Source: Stegostoma tigrinum
Lineage: Eukaryota
Length of the DNA: 64,000 nt
Assembly (NCBI RefSeq): GCF_030684315.1
Contig: NC_081358.1
Coordinates: forward strand, 48,714,116-48,778,115
Direction of reading: 5' to 3'
Shown: one piece after another, positions 49,050 to 60,930 of the stretch
Layout: each line of letters starts with the position of its first letter
How positions within the stretch are numbered: position 1 is the first letter of the stretch
Position numbers and translations under genes: made by a program
Notes under the pieces: generated by a model
Database searches by the model: none
What the model saw: only the letters and a program-made list of their open reading frames with translations
Told to the model about the DNA's origin: nothing

Positions 49050-51160
49050 CTTAATAGAAAATCTTAATTATAATGACCTTACATTATTGATTTTGAAATT
49101 CACTAAGCCTTACCGGATTATCATTAAAAAAAATGGTTCATTAATGCCTTTTAAGGAAGGAAATCTGATGCCTTTACCTTGGCTGATCTATGTAAGTCCA
49201 GGCAACAGCAATAAGTTTGACTTTTACCTGCCCTCTGAAATCGAAAGACATTCAGTTGCACCTTACCACCAGGTTATTACCACAAAAAAGTTGATCAAGA
49301 ATAGAACTGAATTAACTGCACAGCATTGACCAAGGCTCCAGAAATGACATAAGCACACCAAACCCTCGCCATCTCTGTGAAGTCTTCCTCACAAACATCT
49401 GGGAACATATTCTAAAATTAGGAAGAATGTTGTGGAGGTGCCGGTGTTGTAATGGGGTGGATAAGGTCAGAAATCACACGACACCAGGTTATAGTCCAAC
49501 AAATTAACCTGTTTGACTATAACCTGGTGTCATGTGGTTTCTGAAATTGGGGCAGCAGTCCCACAGTCAAGTCAAGTGACGTACTGACATAGTCATACTC
49601 CCCAAATCATGTCTTACAGCCAACCTCCCAAGACCACCATCACCAGCCCCAGATAAATTCTGTCTCACCAACGTGACAGACCCAGTAAGTGGTGGTGGCA
49701 TGTTGGTATACAGTCGGGGGGAGTTGTGCTAGGGATCCTCAGCATTGACACTGGATTGCATAATGAGTGATGGTTTTAGGGAAAATATAATCAAGGAAAG
49801 CTCTCATGATTCCTAAGCTCATGAACAGCACACTCTGAACACATTTGGAAGAAGTTCTGTGTATAACAAGGGCTGAATGTACTCTGAGTAGGGGATTTCA
49901 CTGCCCATCGCACCAACACTGATTAATCAGCATCATTAATAACTGAATCTCTAAATTTATGGCCCAAATATCCCTTACACCATCATTACTGTCAAGCCAG
50001 GGATCAAACTTGATTTCATCAAGCTTGCCAAATATCAGCAACAGAAATATCTGGGAAGAGACGTAAATCTGGTGAAGCGACATCTCAGGGCTATGTGGAT
50101 GATAAACAAAAAAGGCAGAGCCTGATAGACAGAACTAAGCAATCATGCTCTCAATAGATCTGAACAAAGTTATGTATTTTTGTCATATCCAGTCCTGAAT
50201 AGTTGTGGGCTACTTAACAATTAACAGGAGAAGGGAATCTACAACTACCTCCATTTGGAGTGATAGGGATCTCCACCACCTCAATTCAAATGACAAAGCT
50301 GAAGCATTTGTAACTATCTCCAGCCGGAAGTGCTGAGCCAATAAACATCATATCGTCCACTGCATCACAGATGTCAACTTTCAGCCAATTCAATCCAGCC
50401 CACGTGATATCAAGAACAAACTGAAGGCAATGGGTTTAACAAGAGATATGGACCCTGCCAACATTGCAGCTGTAATACCAGTGCTTTGAAAATAACTGCA
50501 CTCCTCTCCAAGCTGTTCCAATACAACTACAACATGGTCTTATAACTTAACAACTTTGAAAAATTACCCAAATATGTCCTGTCTGTGAAAAGCAGGACAT
50601 GTTCAATCCAGCCTATCATCACCACATTAGCACACTCTCGATCATCAGCAAAGTAATGGAAGATGTTAACAATAAGGTGATTAAGTGGCACCTATTCAGT
50701 AATAACCTACTCACTGTTACACTGTTTAGGTTCCACGTGAACCAATCAGCTCCAGATTTTATCACCACCTCAGACCAAATATGGACAAAAGAACTGAAAT
50801 CATAGGTGACTGACCTTGATTTGCAGGCAGAATTTAACTGCATGGTATCAAGTAACGCAAGCAAATCTGGAGTCATTAGAAATCAGGGAAAAAAAACCTC
50901 TCCATTGATTAGCATCATGCTTACCACAAAGAAAAATAATTTTAGCATTGAGGCTAATTATTTCTATCACTGATAATTGCACAATGCTTGTTGCCACTTG
51001 CAACTCCTCAGATAGGGTTATAATCCATGCCCGTGTGCAGGGAGACTTGGACAATATAAAGTTGTGGGCTGATAAACGATAAAAAACCTTCATGTCACAC
51101 AAGTGCTAGGCAATGACGACAGCCAACAAGACAGAATCTAATCATCTTGACATTCAACAA
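49050..51160 (+). mobile_element. Decayed non-LTR LINE (CR1/L2/Jockey group) with EN and RT remnants
   Basis: ORF 50599-50805 NPAYHHHISTLSIISKVMED...NNLLTVTLFRFHVNQSAPD matches the RT N-terminal pattern (YRPISLLS..SK..E, QFGFR). Confidence 0.8.
49431..49544. mobile_element. Small fold-back element (PLE-type tails of a further family)
   Basis: TCAGAAATCACACGACACCAGGTTATAGTCCAACA is inverted against TGTTTGACTATAACCTGGTGTCATGTGGTTTCTGA, with an extra ~35-nt extension on the left end only. Confidence 0.7.
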
Positions 51161-51164
51161 AAGT

Positions 51165-51386
51165 AAAAGCAAAACACTGTGGATGCTGGAAATCCAGAAA
51201 CAGAGAGTGATGGAGAAACACAGCAGGTCTGGCAGCATCTGTGGAAAGAAACAGAATTACTGTTTGCAGTCCAGTATGACACGTCTTCCTGAACACACCT
51301 CACCTGAAGCCCGAAATATCAGCCTTCCTGCTCTTCTCATGCTGCTTGGCCTGCTGTGTTCACCCAGCTCTGCACCTTGTTGTCTG
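51165..51386. mobile_element. Two adjacent old PLE tail fragments in opposite orientation
   Basis: GGATGCTGGAAATCCAGAAAC...CAGCAGGTCTGGCAGCATCTGTGG (minus), then CCCGAAATATCAG...GCTTGGCCTGCTGTGTTCACCCAGCTC (plus), the latter flanked by ACCTGAAG on both sides. Confidence 0.65.
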
Positions 51387-51919
51387 ACCTGAAGACCAGT
51401 AGTTTTAGAAATTGGCACAAGATCACTATCAGGGCACCACCTTGAATGGAAAACTTTCCTCTGCCCAAATCAAGACACTGGGTTTAGCTGATTGACTGAA
51501 TCGGCAGAGGCAGGTGAAGCGTCACATTTTTCTTAATCAGAGGAGAACTTTAGCTTTTGGGAGAGCTCCAAGAAAGCTTAAGGCCCATCCTCTAGCTGTT
51601 AACAGATGTACTTGCCATTAATTCTCAATTTAAGAAGCAGAAAAGTGTTTCATTATTGTCAAAAGCCTTTACATTTCAGTATGGCATTTCTGTGCGTGCA
51701 GTCGAGTTCCAGCTTGCCACACCGATCCTAGCTGCATAAACCTCTATGCTGTTGGAAATAAATTGCACTGATACAATGAGTTAGAGGTACATTGAAAACT
51801 CTCATTTGAATCTGAACTAAACAATGTGTAATGCTTTCGGTATTGAGCAAACTCCACAAATCTTACTGTGGCTATCTTTTTCATATCACAAGTGCATGCA
51901 TGAAAAACTTCCCAAGCCT

Positions 51920-54830
51920 TGAATGTTGTGGGCTATGGCAAGAACCATTGGGACAATCTGAAGGAGATAGCAGAAGAGATTGTGGTGGCATTATGGTGAT
52001 CTTTCTGGAAGTACTGGAATCTGGTAGTGTCTAAAGTGACTGGAAAATGGCCAATGTAACACACCTATTTAAGAAGAGTGGGAGGCAGAAGGCAAGAAAT
52101 TATTGGTTAGTTAGCCTGACCTCAGCCATTGGCAAGATTTTACAGTATGTTATTAGGAATGAGATTGTGAAGTAATTGGATATTTGTGGTGAAAGAAGGC
52201 TGAGCCTGCCTGGCTTCATCAATGGGGAAGTCATGTATGACTCTTCTGTTAGAATGCTTTGAGGATGTATTGAGCAAGTTAGAGAGAGGAAAGCCAGTGG
52301 ATCATGATCTACTTGCATTTCCAGAATGCCTTCTACAAGGTGCTGCACAGGAGCCTGCTAAGTAAGTTAAAGTTAGGGGCAAGGTACTGGCATGGATTGA
52401 GGATTGGCCGACTGGCAGAAGGCAGAGTTGGAAAATGGGGTCTTTTTCAGGACGACAGCCAGTGACAAGGGGTCTGTGGTGGTACCACAACTATCTACAT
52501 CACACATTATTCATCTGGAGGACGGAACTGAGACCATTTCTAAGTTTGTAGATTACACAAAGATGTGTGGCAGACAGGTAGCAGTGACGAGGTGGGGAGA
52601 CTGCAGAAGTATTTGGACAGGCCAGGACAGTGGGCAAAAATGTGACAGATGAAATACAATGGGTCGAAATGTGAGGAAGAATAGAGGAGTAGGCTGTTTT
52701 CTAAATGGAGAAAGACTTTGTAAATCTGAAGCACAAAAGGACTTGTGTTAATAGGTTAATATGCAAGCACAGTTGGCGCTTAGGCAGATAAATGCAAAGT
52801 TCACATTTATTTCAACAGGGTCACTATACAAATGCCAAGATACACTGCTCAGGCTATATAAGGCTCTGGTCAGACAGCATTTGGAATATCGTGAGCAGTT
52901 TTGGGCCCCGTATCCAGAGAAGGGGATGCTGGCCTTGCTCAGGGTCCAGTGGAGGTTTACAAGAATGATCCCAGGATAAAGGGTTTGTCATGTGAGAAAC
53001 AGTTGAGGGCCCTGCCTCTGTCCTTGATAGAGATTAGAGGCATGAAGGGGAGATTTCATTGAAACTTACAGAACACTGTGAGGCCTTGATAGAGTGGATG
53101 TAAAGTAAATATTTCCACTTGCAGGAGAAACTGACTCAAGGGCACAGCCTCAGAGTGAAGGGATGATACTTCCGAATGGAGCTGAAGAGGAATATCTTCA
53201 GCCGGAGGGTGGTTAATTTGTGGAGCCGTTTGCTGCAGAGGGCTGTGGAGGCCAAGTCATAGAGTGTATTTCACACAGAGGTAGATAAGTTCTCTGTTAG
53301 ATTTTTGAAAGGGTGACCAAGAAAGGAGATGAAAGTAGATATTGTCCACATGGACTTAAGCAAGGCCTTTGACAAGGTACTACATGGTAGGTCGATGAGT
53401 GAGGTTAAATCTCACAGGATCCAGAGAGAACTAGCCAGCTGATACAAAATTGGCCTGAAGGTAGAGACAGAGGGTCATGGTAGAGGGTTGTTTTTCAGAC
53501 CGGAGGCCTGTGACCAGCAGAATGCCACAGTGACTGGTACAGGGTCCACTGTTATTTATTATTTATATTACTGATTTCAATGAGAATTTAGGAAGTATGG
53601 TTAGTAAGTTTGTGTATAACACCAAAATTGCTGGTATCATGGACAGTGAAGAAGATTATCTGGGAATGCAGGGAGATATTGTTCAACTGGGCCATTGGGC
53701 TGAGGAAAGGAAGTTGGAGCTTAATTTAGATAAATGCAAGGTATTGTATTTTGGCAAGGCAAACCAGGGCTGGATTTACACAGTCAGTTTTAGGGTCTTG
53801 GAGAGTGTTAAAGAACAAGGAGTTTTAGGGGTACATGTTCATAGCTCCTTGGAAATGGAATCACAGGTAGACAGGGCAGTGAAGAAGGCTTTTGGCATGC
53901 TAGCTTGGATTGGCCAGAGGACTGAGTGTAGGAATTGGGACAGTTGCTGCAGCAGTACAAGGTGTTGGTAGGGCCACATTTGGAGTGCCGTAGGCAGTTC
54001 TGGTCACCCTACTACTGAAAGGATATTATTAAACTAGAAAGACTGCAGAAAATATTTATTACAATGCTACCTGGACTGGAAAGTTAGAGCTATAAGGAGA
54101 GGTTGAATAGGCTGGGACTTTTTTGCCTGAGTGTAGGAGGTTAAAACGTTGATGGGGTGACGCCCTTCCTCCTCTTGTACTCCACCCTCCAATTATAGCA
54201 TAAATGCTGCCCCCTCCACACTTCACGTCAGCTCTGATGAAGAATCATCTAGGTTCAAAATGTTAACTTGTTCTCTCTTCATGGTTTCTGCCCAGCCCAC
54301 TATGATTTTGTGCGTTCTTGTTTTTTGGTACAGATTCCGGCATCAGCTGTAATTTGCTCCTACATTGTGTTTACTAGGGTGTTACATGAGCTGGAAGGCT
54401 TGAGGTATAAGGAAAGGTTGGATAGTTTGGGACTTTTTTTCTCTGGAGCGTAGGAGACTGAGGAGTCACCTTATAGATGTATATAAAATCATGAGGGGCA
54501 GAGATAAGGCAGACAGTCGATATTTTTTCTCCAGGGTTGGGGAATTTAAAACTTAGAAGGCATAGGTTTAAGATGAGAGGAGAGAGACACAAAGGAGTCC
54601 AGCGGGGAAATTTTTTTAACACAGGGAGTGGTGAGTGTCTGGAACAGGCTGTCTGAGATAGTGGTGGAAGCGAATACAATTTTGTCATTTAAGAAAAATT
54701 TAGACCAGTATATGGATGGGATAGCTATGGAGCGATATGGACCAAATGCAGGCAAATGGGACTAGTTTGGCATGGGGAAGTTAGGCTGAAGGTCTGTTTC
54801 CATGCTGTAGCCCTTTACAACTCTGTAATT
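51920..54830 (+). mobile_element. Cluster of tandem/nested CR1 fragments (about 51920-53295, 53296-54140, 54365-54830)
   Basis: ORFs LYKALVRQHLEYREQFWAP and LNLDKCKVLYFGKAN. GACTGGAAAATGGCCAATGTAACACACCTATTTAAGAAG (DWK.ANVT.LFKK). Confidence 0.9.
54150..54366 (+). mobile_element. Old PLE tail of another family with decayed hammerhead motif
   Basis: CAGCT-CTGATGA-AGAATCATCTAGGTTC-AAAATGTT-AACTTG at ~54229-54270. Confidence 0.55.
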
Positions 54831-55567
54831 CTGAGCTCACAGATACATGAGGATCCAAAGGCTGTGAACAGTTATCATATTCAGCTTGGACCTTATCAGA
54901 GTACTCCCAGAGGGCCTCGGAGATGAACTGTACAACCAGAGGCATCTCATTAGTTTTCTGAAGACCAATAAAGATGATGCCTGAAGTTGTCAAAGGCCCT
55001 TAGCTAAATGATGGGCACAAATGGGAGACAGACAAGTGTGGCAGAAAGCAGTGTTGCTGTGGAGACAGGTACAATATTTCCTTTCCTCGTGACTCCACAT
55101 TATGCTGAATTACAAAAATAGATTTACCTTTTTTGATGACGGCCACATGCAGTTAGTTTTGAAGAAGGCTAGGCCACATGAGGAACCAAAATCTGAGTAG
55201 ATTAATTTCTCATTGAGATATGCAAGGGGCTGGTTCTTGTTTTAATCTATGTTGTGACACTTGAATATTACCTTTCCCAATATGGCAGCAATTGTTTTAC
55301 AAGCACTTTAGCAGCATAATTGGTAAATTGGGATGACCATATATTCTCCAGGGATGACTCCAGGTGTCAGAGTGAGAGCACAGCATCCACCCAAAAACAT
55401 AGACACAGTATCAGCTAATGTCTATTAATATCATAATTGCCCTTCTAAATGATATAGAGTTTTATCATTTGTCAAAAAATGTACTGACTGTGCAAAGTAT
55501 GTAATTAAGTTTTGATAAAGCACTTGTAGTTAAAAATCTTTGAAGTGTGTAACTCCGATTGTGCGAG

Positions 55568-55690
55568 TGATAATGGGAACTGCAGATGCTGGAGAATCCA
55601 AGGTAACAAAGTGTAGAGCTGGATGAACACAGCAGGCCAGGCAGCATCTCAGGAGCACAAACGCTGACGTTTTGGGCCTAGACCCTTCAT
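55568..55690 (-). mobile_element. Solo PLE tail truncated inside the hammerhead core
   Basis: GATAATGGGAACTGCAGATGCTGG...GGGCCTAGACCCTTCAT, same family as 47847-47975. Confidence 0.9.
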
Positions 55691-56195
55691 AACCAGCTTG
55701 AAAACCCCAAGATTGCTGGTGTTAAACTCAAGTATATTTTGTGCTCCAGCGCTAGTTATATTCCTGTTCTCTCTGACATTGGCACAGTCATTCTTGATTC
55801 CAGTTATTCACAGCTTCATTCTGAGTAACTTTGGCTCTGGACAGCTTGCTAATCAATGTTGTCAGTGTTAATTTGTTATAAATTAGACCTCAACGAGGAA
55901 GTATAAAAGTAATAGGGCGGTTTAATTTCAGCTATTCTTCACACCTTGGGAAAAGACATCTGATTTTTGAGAGAGTCGAATAGGACCTTTTGAAGGATTT
56001 GTCAATAAGTTGCCTGAAACAATGAAGGGGTTAATTGATGTTTTTAAATTGTTTCCAATGGCTAAAGGGTCAGTCACCACAGAGCAGAAACAAAGGATTT
56101 CCACCAGAACCAGAGGTGACATTTTCCAGGAAATCCCAGCTGATATTATCACTTGACAAGTCAGAACACTGACTGAAATCAGACTTGGTGGATTA

Positions 56196-56693
56196 TATTT
56201 TTTTTTGTTTCTCTTGTTTTATTCAAATAAATATTAGAAATTGCTCTACCAACGTTGGTACACCAACTATTCAGTTGGAAACAGTCCAAACTGCTGGATT
56301 ACAGATTGCTCTCTTTTGTCTTCCTTCTGTTCTGAAATAGAGCTCATCCTTGAGCTCAACAATGCTGACATGATCAGGATCCAATTTTATCATTTAGATC
56401 CCATATTAATGTGATCTTTACTTTAATTCCCAACACACTGTGTCTTAGCAGTACATGGCATACAGCTGTATCAACATAGTTTTTCCATGGATCACCAAGT
56501 GGATCATCATACCATCAATAAATTTCATGGACTTTACTTGATGCTCTGCCAAGCTACCTAACAAATTGTAATGCAACAATTCTGCTTGAACAATCACAAA
56601 AAACTGTCTAATGGCGATGTTTTCAGCATAAAACTTGACACTTCCCTCTGGAAAACCAAATTGCTTTTCAACAACAGTAGTCAATTCATGGAT
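56196..56693 (-). pseudogene. RPS3: Processed pseudogene of 40S ribosomal protein S3 (uS3), 5' truncated
   Basis: [76 protein letters not shown] and ISEQK are colinear without introns. Followed by AATAAA and an A-tract (T-run ~56198-56206). Flanking TGGATTA at 56189-56195 and 56689-56695. Confidence 0.92.
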
Positions 56694-57261
56694 TAATTTA
56701 ACAAGATGGTCTTATGCTCAAACACAAGCACACAGTACTGCGTATTTGGTCTTTACAAAAAAGAACTTCATTATGCTGATAAAATGAAGATTGAATGATC
56801 AAGCTGCTTACGTATTGTACAATTTTCAAGATTTCAAAATGTGCAGTAAAAATACAATTCCATCTATCCCAATATCCTCAATTTACTGGAATCACACACC
56901 CACAAAATTTGCTTTTCTACCACATCTGTATATTTAGTGTAACTGTTTCTTGCAATTCCTGAGCTTGAGCGTTTAATAGCCCTTCCTTAATTGGTCAGAT
57001 ACAGAGCTTAGACTTCTCAATTTCAAATAATCACAATATGATTGTAAACAGATACTCCTGGTATGAAGTTTTCAAACTAAAACCCTCACTCTGAGGTTAC
57101 ATATCCACTAACTTTTCTGAATTAACTTATTTCTCCAGAAAAATTGTTTCATAAATCTAACATCAGGCAGGACTATTGCAGACTGAAACATGAAAGATTT
57201 CCAAGCTATTGGTTTATCCCCTAAGCAAACAGAAAAATTGATCCTTCTAACTAAAAGCACG

Positions 57262-57663
57262 GAACATAGAACATCACAGCGCAGTACAGGCCCTTCGGTT
57301 CTCGAAGTTCCGCCAACCTGTGAAACCAACCTGAAGCCCATCTAACCTACACTATTCCATTATCATCCATATGCTTATCCAATGACCATTTAAATGCCCT
57401 TGAAGTTGGCGAGTCTACTACTGTTGCAGGCAGGGCATTGCACGCCCTTACTACTCTGAGTAAAGAACCTACCTCTGACATCTGTCCTTTTTCTATCACC
57501 CCTCAATGTAAAACTATGTTCCCTTGTGCTCGCCATCACCATCCGAGGAAAAAGGCTCTTACTGTCCACCCTATCTAATCCTCTGATCATCTTGTATATC
57601 TCTATTAAGTCGCCTGTTAACCTTCTTCTCTCTAATGAAAACAGCTTCAAGTCCCTCAGCCTT
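57262..57663 (-). mobile_element. CR1 LINE 3' end
   Basis: ORF LFSLERRRLTGDLIEIYKMIRGLDRVD...DVRGRFFTQ. Confidence 0.92.
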
Positions 57664-58259
57664 TGGAACCTAAATCATCCCCTTAATTTGCAACAGTTCA
57701 CCAGTGTATGTTCTCAGTCTGGCTGAGGGCTTGTGCAAGCTTAAAGACTGGAGTCCCAAGCAAATCTTGTTGAAGACAGATTCTGTAACCATGGATACCG
57801 CTGCGTCACTATCGACCTCCATGGGAACCAGGTAACCATTTAACTGAACATTAATTTTAATGTGCTTCAGTGTTTACCCTATCAGTTTATAAAACTCAGC
57901 CAATGCAAATTAATCCTCATTATCACTCCATAGACTCTCTTTCTCACACTGGTTCAAAAAAAATGGCTCCAGAAATATTAATCAATCAATTATTAAACCT
58001 CTTCATGTCCAAATGCCTCAGGTTCAAAATCCAAGCTCTAAAATAAATAATATTAAAAATATATAAAGCACACCCTAATCACAGTAACAAATGGTTACAG
58101 TTTGGACTGCACTGTCTGATAGCAATATGAACCCAGGTTCAATATTCACTTTCGAAAGGTAATTGAATATCTCAAAGAAAAAATATTATAAGTGCATAGA
58201 GAAATAGTAGGTGACTGTACTGTTTGGAATGCTTTTTGAAAGTAGCGTGCCCAAGTATC

Positions 58260-59230
58260 TAGCTGGGTCCGCTGCTTTTTGTCATTTATGTAAATGATTT
58301 GTATGTGAATATAGGAGGTATGGTTAGCAAGTTTGCAGAGGACACCAAAATTTGGTGCGTAGAGGACAGCGAAGGATATTTTCTCAAGAGTTCAACGTGA
58401 TCTTGATTAGATGGGCCATTGAGCTGAGGGGTGGAAAGCAGAATATAATTTAGATAAATGTGAGGTGTTGTATTTTGGTAAACAAACCAGGGCAGGTCTT
58501 ATAAAGTGAATGGTAAGGCCATGGGGAGTGCCAAACAAAGAGACCTAAAGGTGCAGTTTCATTGCTCCTTGAAAGCAGAGTCTTACGTGGTCATGGAGGT
58601 GATGAAGGCGTTTGGTACACTTGTGTTCATTGATCAGAACAATGAGCATCAAAGCTGAGGTGTCATGTTGCAGCTGTTCTAGACATTGGTGAGACCACTT
58701 TTAGAATACTGCTTCTCCTTAAGAAGTATTTTTTGTTAAACTTGAGAGGTTGCAGGAAAGATTTACAGGGATGTTGCTGGACTGGAGAGGTTGGGCTATA
58801 GGGAGAGACTTGATCAGCTGGGACTTTGTTCGCTGGAGTGTTGGACACTGAGGGGTGACTTTATAGAAGTTTATAAAATCATGAGGGGCATGGACAGGGT
58901 GAATAGCCAAGGTCGTTTTCGTAGAGTGGGGAGTACAAAGCTAGAGGACATAGATTTAAGGTGAAAGGGAAGATTTAAAAAGGACTTGAGGATTAACATT
59001 TTCACACAGAGCATGTGCACATATGGGATTAAGTGCCAGAGGAAATAATGCAGGCTGGTACAGTTATAGCATTTGAAAGGCATCTGGGTGGGTTCATAAA
59101 TAGGAAGGGGTAGAGAGATATGGGGCAAATACTGACAAATAGGACTATATCTGATTAGGATGTCTGATCGATGTTGATGAGTTGGACTGAAGGGTCTGTT
59201 TCTGTGCCGTATGAATCCATGACTCTATGA
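58260..59230 (+). mobile_element. CR1 LINE 3' portion nested in an older CR1 tail (~58075-58250 and ~59230-59295)
   Basis: AGCAAGTTTGCAGAGGACACCAAA (SKFAEDTK, decayed FADDTK). Tail CCATGACTCTATGA. Confidence 0.88.
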
Positions 59231-59552
59231 GATGAAAGGCAACTCAATGGGCCCAATGGCTTCATTAAATGTTGTATTATTCCACAACTCCTGATTAATG
59301 CAGTAAAGGTATAGACTTAAAAGGAATCATAGCTGCATTCTCCAGTCCTTTTGGCTGCTTTAAAAGACATGGAAACAATAAATTCCAGCTAGACAGCACA
59401 GATGTGATTGGCTCTGAAAAGAGTAATGAGTATTGGATTTTATACAATAATTATTTTGCGATCCGTCTTGCTCAAGGTAGAGAGTAGTTTGGAGAGGGGA
59501 TATGATCTCCTGTGATATTCGCCCAGAAACAAACCAATGTACCCTGATATTA

Positions 59553-59660
59553 GGAACAAAAGCAAAGTTGCAGGAAAAGCTCGGCAGGTCTAGCAACATC
59601 TGAGAAGGAGAGAACAGAGTTAACGGTGGGTTAATGGTGGTGACCCTTCCTCAGAACTGA
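59553..59660 (-). mobile_element. Solo PLE tail (family of 24603-25027)
   Basis: GTTGCAGGAAAAGCTCGGCAGGTCT...GACCCTTCCTCAGAACTG. Flanked by CTGATATTA at 59544-59552 and 59657-59665. Confidence 0.75.
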
Positions 59661-60589
59661 TATTATATCTCCTTGGAGTCAAACCCCCATGACCATGCTA
59701 CAGAGCAAGAAGCTTAAATGAAAACCTATTCAAAAGTAAAGTGTAAGTATTAACGACCAGATTCAAAGGAGAACGGTGTTTGTCATGCTGGGTATAAATA
59801 CACAGACTCTCAGAACCAGTGGAAGAGATTTGTGGAAGAATATTTACAATAGATGATTTTATATCCAACAGAAATTGAGGGCAGTTTGAGCTGAGTCACT
59901 TAAGTGAGTGCTGCTGAGGACAGATCCCTGTTTGAAGAAACAAGGATTGTGAAGAGATGAGAACTAGGGAGTCCCAGAGGGTACTTCGCTGCTGAAAGTC
60001 CACTCTAAAAGTTCCAGAAGTTTGTGTGAAGGGATTTTGTTTAAAAAGACACTGTTAGATTCACACTGATGGGCAGGGAGAAGAGATTCCATTCATATCA
60101 GGAAGAGATTGGAGTACTAAACACATTTTGCCTGAGAGTGTAGTTTAATGTCTAAAGGTACTTGATTATACTGAGAAGTTAATAGGGAATACCGTTTCTG
60201 TCATTTAGTATATTAATTGTTCACTTGGAAAGGTTCAGACAATATTGATTTTAGTTTGTTTGTTACGGTGAAGTCCAAAACATGGGAAATCTTGTATGAT
60301 CTTTTGTAGTGGTAATTGGAAAAATTCATATGTCTTTTTAAAAGTTATTAGTCATAAAAACTGAAAAAAAGAATTAGTTGTAAGAATCGTATATAAGACA
60401 TAATGCAGCAGAGTTAAGATCCAGTGCAATTCAGGCAGACCATGAGCAAAACATAGTAGCTACTGATAGTCTCATAATCCTACCTCAAGGACTCAGTGTA
60501 ATGGCTAATTGGAGGGTTTCACTTAAGGAATGGTGTGTTAGGTGTCAAAGGCAGGAGTAGCGTGACAGAAGCATTATGGGAAGCAAATG

Positions 60590-60930
60590 TATAATGGCAA
60601 TGTCATAAGTGTATGAATCTAGAACTCCAGGTTAATGTTTTCGAGACGGGTTCAAATCCCACCATTGCAGATTTGAATTCAATAAAAATCTGGAATGAAA
60701 AGTCCTGGCCGAGCAACAAACATGTGACCACTTCTGAATGTTTTGAAAACTCATCTGGTTTTCTAAAATGGTTCAGGGAAGGAAATCTGCTGTCATTGCC
60801 TGGTCTATCCTACATGTAACTCCAGATCCATGGCAATGTTGTTGACTCTCAACTGACATCTGGCCAATTAGGAATGGAAAAAAATTGCTGGCCAAGCCAG
60901 TGACATTCACATCCTGTGAATGAATGACAA
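60590..60930 (+). mobile_element. Second SINE family (tRNA-like B box)
   Basis: GGGTTCAAATCCCACC B box; CATCTGGTT...GGAAGGAAATCTGC...CCAGTGACATTCACATCCTGTGAATGAAT. Confidence 0.75.

Noticed and set aside
59700-60360. Possible solo LTR (TATAAA, purine-rich then T-rich); similar impression at 7540-7950
   Set aside because: No definable TG...CA ends, TSD or PBS/PPT.
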